A stretch of 64,000 nt of DNA from a virus. A program made the position numbers and the translations under genes. Where the stretch lies: positions 32,001 through 96,000 of IMG/VR virus record IMGVR_UViG_3300043773_000401. The stretch is one strand, 5' to 3'. Of this stretch, positions 60,542-64,000 are shown piece after piece (positions within the stretch are counted from its first letter, which is position 1; the number at the start of each line of letters is the position of its first letter). The notes under the pieces are model-generated. The model searched no databases. It had not been told where the DNA came from and saw only the letters and a program-made list of their open reading frames with translations.

Positions 60542-60945
60542 TATCCTTTCTTGCTACGCATTTTACCTAGAGTTTTAGCTAAGTTAGCTTGTCTCTTAGT
60601 TGTTGTACTTGCTTTAGATCCTGGTTTAGTTACCTTAGCAGCATAAGCAGCAGTAGACATACCAGCAGCTTTAGCTTTAGCAGAGAATGCACCTGGGTTT
60701 TTAATAGCACCCTTGATCCAATTTTTCTTAGCTCCACCAGCTTTAAATACTCCACGTCCTTTAAGGATGTCTGCTTGAGTTACTTTACCATCACCTGTAA
60801 GATCTGGAAACTTTGATCCTCCCATCTTATAGTTCTTACTTTCCATCTTCTGATAATCAGCATTAAGTTTATTTACCTTACTCTTTTTATCTTGAGGACG
60901 GGTAACATACCCTGGATTCATGTTTAATTTAGTAGTCTTTTTCAT
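60541..60945 (-). CDS. small basic modular protein (EF-hand/dockerin-like loop plus KNWIKGAIK module)
   Basis: YKMGG-[FPDLTGDGKVTQADIL]-FKAGG-[KNWIKGAIKNPGA...RQANLAKTL]. Confidence 0.7.
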   Translation of the reverse strand: MKKTTKLNMNPGYVTRPQDKKSKVNKLNADYQKMESKNYKMGGSKFPDLTGDGKVTQADILKGRGVFKAGGAKKNWIKGAIKNPGAFSAKAKAAGMSTAAYAAKVTKPGSKASTTTKRQANLAKTLGKMRSKKG

Positions 60946-60955
60946 ATATAAATAA

Positions 60956-61315
60956 TTAGCAGTTCCATTTTCTTAATGACTTATTAATCCTAGAGTTAGG
61001 ATCATTTGCAGTCTTAGATGAAGTAAGCTTCTTCTTCATACCAGACATTCTAGCACAAAAAGACTTTCTTCTATTAGCAGCTTCACTACCTTTCTTTAAC
61101 TTAGAAGGTTCTGTAGTAACAGCTGTCTTAAGTTTAGATCCAGGGTTTTCTCTACGGTAAGAAGCAACACCTTTAGCATTAAGACCACCAGAAGGATTCT
61201 TACCTTCTTTTCTCTGCCATGCAGGAGTAGATCCTCCCTTCTTCATCTGAGGAGTCTTACCAGCTTTCTTCATTGAGATAGCTATTGCTGCTTGTTGTTT
61301 TGCATTCTTTGTCAT
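60956..61315 (-). CDS. small basic protein (DUF6321-like)
   Basis: AWQRKEGKNPSGGLN...RRKSFCARM...LRKWNC (family recalled, not searched); QQAAIAIS module and MKKGG linker in front. Confidence 0.7.
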   Translation of the reverse strand: MTKNAKQQAAIAISMKKAGKTPQMKKGGSTPAWQRKEGKNPSGGLNAKGVASYRRENPGSKLKTAVTTEPSKLKKGSEAANRRKSFCARMSGMKKKLTSSKTANDPNSRINKSLRKWNC

Positions 61316-61324
61316 AGTAATATT

Positions 61325-61459
61325 TTATCTACCTTGACCTCTATATCTTTTAGGTTTCTGTTCCTTAGGACCAAACTTCTTTTTAAGCTTGCCTGTAGTT
61401 TTAACACCAAAGGTTACTTTACCTCTTTCTACTTTACCTTTACCACCTGCTTTTGCCAT
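61325..61459 (-). CDS. 44-aa basic protein ending in YRGQGR (not in the ORF track)
   Basis: Translated by hand: MAKAGGKGKVERGKVTFGVKTTGKLKKKFGPKEQKPKRYRGQGR*; fills the gap between its neighbours. Confidence 0.8.
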   Translation of the reverse strand: MAKAGGKGKVERGKVTFGVKTTGKLKKKFGPKEQKPKRYRGQGR

Positions 61460-61461
61460 AA

Positions 61462-61731
61462 CTATCTATATTTACTAGCTTTATTAGCTATTGATTTAGG
61501 TTGTTTTACAAATTGTTTACCCTTCCTATTACCTTCAGCTTTAACCTTATTAGTAGCAGCTTTTTCTCCTGCTGACATAGCAGACCAGGCAGCTTCAGGA
61601 AGATACCTTTTAGTACCCTTAGATTTTACTTCTTTACTCAAGCCTTTCTTTTTATTAGCATGAGTACCAGAAGTCATCCATTTCTGAGCTGTCCAGTCTT
61701 TTAAACTCTTCTGTGATTTAGCTAGTGCCAT
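61462..61731 (-). CDS. small basic protein (DUF5872-like, C-terminal half)
   Basis: KSQKSLKDWTAQKW...RYLPEAAW...KAATNKVK...GKQFVKQP (family recalled). Confidence 0.7.
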   Translation of the reverse strand: MALAKSQKSLKDWTAQKWMTSGTHANKKKGLSKEVKSKGTKRYLPEAAWSAMSAGEKAATNKVKAEGNRKGKQFVKQPKSIANKASKYR

Positions 61732-61749
61732 TCTTTTTCTAATTTAAAC

Positions 61750-62205
61750 TTATTCTCCATAATAACCAAACATCTTTAAATAATCAATTGCATTCTGTAA
61801 TATAATAGGACTATCTTCAAACATACCTAATGCCCTATTACACTTCTTACACAACAGACCTCTAAATTCATCTGTCTTATGATTATGATCAATTGCGCTT
61901 TCACTTATTAATATATGTTTATTACATATGGCACAACATTCTTCTTGCCTTTCATAAACATCTATTAATTCTTCAGGTGTTATTCCTCTTCTTTGACATC
62001 TTTTTGCTAGAGTCCACGAGTCTTTCTCTCTATATTCTCTAACTTTATCTGGATTATTTTCAGTCCAGTTTCTATGTTCATTATATAAACATTTATTACA
62101 TTTACTTTTTAATAAATGTTTTTGTGATCCACCTCTACTTCTAAACTCAGAAGTATCTTTAGATTTTTTACAACTTGAACATATTTTAGTTTCTATATCC
62201 ACCAC
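61750..62205 (-). CDS. endonuclease VII-family (His-Me finger) nuclease, probable free-standing homing endonuclease
   Basis: N-terminal CSSC...CNKC zinc finger; CAIC...IDHNHKT...RGLLCKKCNRALG; GTG start overlapping the upstream gene. Confidence 0.88.
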   Translation of the reverse strand: MVDIETKICSSCKKSKDTSEFRSRGGSQKHLLKSKCNKCLYNEHRNWTENNPDKVREYREKDSWTLAKRCQRRGITPEELIDVYERQEECCAICNKHILISESAIDHNHKTDEFRGLLCKKCNRALGMFEDSPIILQNAIDYLKMFGYYGE

Positions 62206-62551
62206 CTTTACTTTTGTACTCTTTAGCTAACAACTGACTTTTTCTAGCTGACCATTCTCCAGGATCTCCACCTTTAGTACCAGCCTTTATCTTGTTGAAT
62301 AATGATTTACGCATACCAGGCTTGGTATAATTACCTGCCTGGTTTACCTTAGACTTAGTAGAACCACCTTTTTTCATAGTCTCAGCTATTCTGATTTTAC
62401 GGTCTTGAACTTTAGCTGCTCTACCTAATAGTCTATTAGCTTTTTGTTCTCTACCTTCATCAACAGCTTTATTGCCTTTATAAACTAGACGTTCTTCTCT
62501 TTTCTGAAGTCTTGCTAGTTTTCTTGCTTTATCACCAGGTGTTTTCATCAT
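62186..62551 (-). CDS. small basic protein (helical module plus DUF5872-like N-terminal half)
   Basis: MKKGG linker, then NYTKPGMRK...GTKGGDPGEWSARKSQLLAKEYKSKGGGY. Confidence 0.7.
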   Translation of the reverse strand: MMKTPGDKARKLARLQKREERLVYKGNKAVDEGREQKANRLLGRAAKVQDRKIRIAETMKKGGSTKSKVNQAGNYTKPGMRKSLFNKIKAGTKGGDPGEWSARKSQLLAKEYKSKGGGYRN

Positions 62552-62552
62552 A

Positions 62553-62858
62553 TTATTTCTTTTTACCCATTTTCTTCATGCCACCCTTCTTCATCATACC
62601 ACCATATTTTAATGGAGATACAGTAGCTTTAGGATTAACATTAGTCATAACTCCACTAGATCCAGGAACTTTTTGTACAGTAGCTCCTTTATTAACTCCT
62701 ACCATAACTCCTCTTGAGCTAGGTACTTTAGTTACTTGGAAGTCACTTTGTGGATTAGGGTTATTCATAGCACCAGTCTTAGCCTTAGGTAAAGACTTCA
62801 TACCACCTTTCTTCATCATTGAGGCAGTAGATGCTTTTTTGGTCATAGATTTTTTCAT
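62553..62858 (-). CDS. small Lys/Met/Gly-rich protein with MMKKGG repeats
   Basis: MMKKGGMK twice, LKYGG, and a tandem VxKVPxSxGVMxxVN repeat. Confidence 0.7.
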   Translation of the reverse strand: MKKSMTKKASTASMMKKGGMKSLPKAKTGAMNNPNPQSDFQVTKVPSSRGVMVGVNKGATVQKVPGSSGVMTNVNPKATVSPLKYGGMMKKGGMKKMGKKK

Positions 62859-62883
62859 TTTACAAAAATATTAAAGTGTTATA

Positions 62884-62915
62884 CTAATATACTATTTATT
62901 CCAATAAGGTTCAAC
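62884..62915 (-). promoter_or_regulatory. Bacteroidota-like promoter GTTG-N20-TATATTAG for the small basic gene cluster
   Basis: GTTG (62915-62912), 20-nt spacer, TATATTAG (62891-62884). Confidence 0.5.
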
Positions 62916-63908
62916 TTTTTTTAGAAGTTTTGTAAGAATTTCATCATTAAGAGGATTCTTAAGATACTCAACCACATCAGTTTGGTTTCTACCCATCATA
63001 GTATTACTATCTGTTTCATAGATAAAACCATCAGACTTTAATGTGATAAACTTATAATAAGTACAGTCTTTTACTAAAGATCTGATCTTTAAAGTTTCCA
63101 TATCTAGTTCAGCAGTCTTAAGGAAAGTTTCTACTGCTCTCTTAGGATTAGTCTCTGTACCATCTCCATTAATATACTTATCTGCATTATCATAAAGTAC
63201 ATCATTAGGAGTAGACTTCTTATACTGCACACTGTTAAGATCAATTACCTTTAAGATATACATAAGCTTGTTAGTATTCTTATTGAATAACTTATCTAGT
63301 TCAGCAAGTGCTTTATTTTTAATTTTCTTGAATTCAGTTTTAGTAGTAATGGTATCTTCATACTTGTCTAAGAAAAACTTAGTAGGTACTGCTCTTGATC
63401 TAGCATCCTCATAGTTCTTAGCTACAATAGAAAACCCACCTGCCTGAATAGCATAAAACTTAATAAGATCATAAGGATCATTAAGTGGATCAATGAATAA
63501 AGGTTCATTACCACAACGGATAGTGATCTTCTGCCAGAACTCATCATTATCTGGTCTTAGAAGTTTTACCTTATTCCAGAAATCAGGATCTTCTGGATCA
63601 ATAACATTAGCTACTAGTTCTTTCTCTAACTGAGAAACAACAGCTCTAATTTCATTAATCTTAGCCTGTTTTTCTTCTGGGTCCTTAATAAGTTTAATTT
63701 CAGGAGCAAATTCATTAAGACCTGATAAGTATCTCTTGATACCATTGTGCTCAATGCATGCTAATTGTTCTTCATGGAATACACCATCATAAAGAGCTAG
63801 TCCATATTTTTCTAGACCCATGTTAGATACTGAAGGGTCAAAAAAAGCTTTAATAGCAATAGGCCCGGACTTAAGAGCCTGATGCTTTTCAATCATTGTG
63901 TAAGACAT
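62892..63908 (-). CDS. hypothetical capsid-module protein
   Basis: 338 aa, first gene after a strong terminator; C-terminal GRN...VEYLKNPLN. Confidence 0.6.
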   Translation of the reverse strand: MSYTMIEKHQALKSGPIAIKAFFDPSVSNMGLEKYGLALYDGVFHEEQLACIEHNGIKRYLSGLNEFAPEIKLIKDPEEKQAKINEIRAVVSQLEKELVANVIDPEDPDFWNKVKLLRPDNDEFWQKITIRCGNEPLFIDPLNDPYDLIKFYAIQAGGFSIVAKNYEDARSRAVPTKFFLDKYEDTITTKTEFKKIKNKALAELDKLFNKNTNKLMYILKVIDLNSVQYKKSTPNDVLYDNADKYINGDGTETNPKRAVETFLKTAELDMETLKIRSLVKDCTYYKFITLKSDGFIYETDSNTMMGRNQTDVVEYLKNPLNDEILTKLLKKVEPYWNK

Positions 63909-63946
63909 AATTTATTTGGTTTTTAAAGTTAATGTACAAAGTTAGT

Positions 63947-63976
63947 AAAAAAGGGGAGAATAAAAACTCTCCCCTT
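63947..63976 (-). terminator. intrinsic terminator after the upstream (off-window) gene
   Basis: Minus strand AAGGGGAGAG-TTTTTA-TTCTCCCCTT followed by TTTT; TTC TAA at the window edge may be the upstream stop. Confidence 0.8.
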
Positions 63977-64000
63977 AGATACTTATTTTAGAGATTAGAA

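Noticed and set aside
6363-62874. Many short + strand ORFs (60-131 aa) opposite the virion genes
   Set aside because: They are antisense shadows of long minus-strand genes, with S/L/I/F-rich composition, no motifs and no initiation signals.
1-64000. Stop-codon reassignment as in some gut crAss-like phages
   Set aside because: Giant ORFs are uninterrupted under code 11, and TAG and TGA end genes at tight junctions (e.g. 4267, 102).
1-64000. tRNA, rRNA or other structured RNA genes
   Set aside because: Intergenic gaps are short (about 140 nt at most) and explained by promoters and terminators; no cloverleaf was seen.
63977-64000. End of the major capsid protein gene at the window edge
   Set aside because: Only TTC TAA and a terminator are visible; plausible from gene order but not supportable from this window.

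Overview
A 64-kb AT-rich segment of a crAss-like (Crassvirales-like) dsDNA phage, probably infecting Bacteroidota, using the standard genetic code. The + strand (1-6057) holds the end of a replication module: PD-(D/E)XK exonuclease, family B DNA polymerase, DUF932-like protein and dNMP kinase. It converges at a bidirectional terminator (6080-6116) with a ~58-kb minus-strand virion module. Read right to left, that module has a capsid-adjacent gene, tiny Lys-rich proteins with an interposed endonuclease VII, a ring/adaptor protein, a ferritin, Cys-rich structural and fibre genes, an IHF-like gene, two ring proteins, a 1787-aa tail muzzle-like protein, four 866-1393 aa putative cargo proteins and three giant (2243/3777/2578 aa) ejected proteins. 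The 3777-aa protein is the virion RNA polymerase (DFDID motif). The main unexplained pattern is a short motif, [M/F/Y/K/A]-[K/Q/R/A]-x-G-G, often followed by PKAQxG. It recurs in eight genes and sits at module boundaries, most clearly as five GWLD linkers that divide the 1393-aa protein into effector-like cassettes. This suggests a virion cargo-tagging or polyprotein-processing system. Other notable points are a GHKL ATPase plus zincin inserted into an ejected protein, a nuclease and a kinase carried on another, and Bacteroidota-type promoters placed for near-leaderless mRNAs. All family assignments come from reading motifs by eye, with no database searches.
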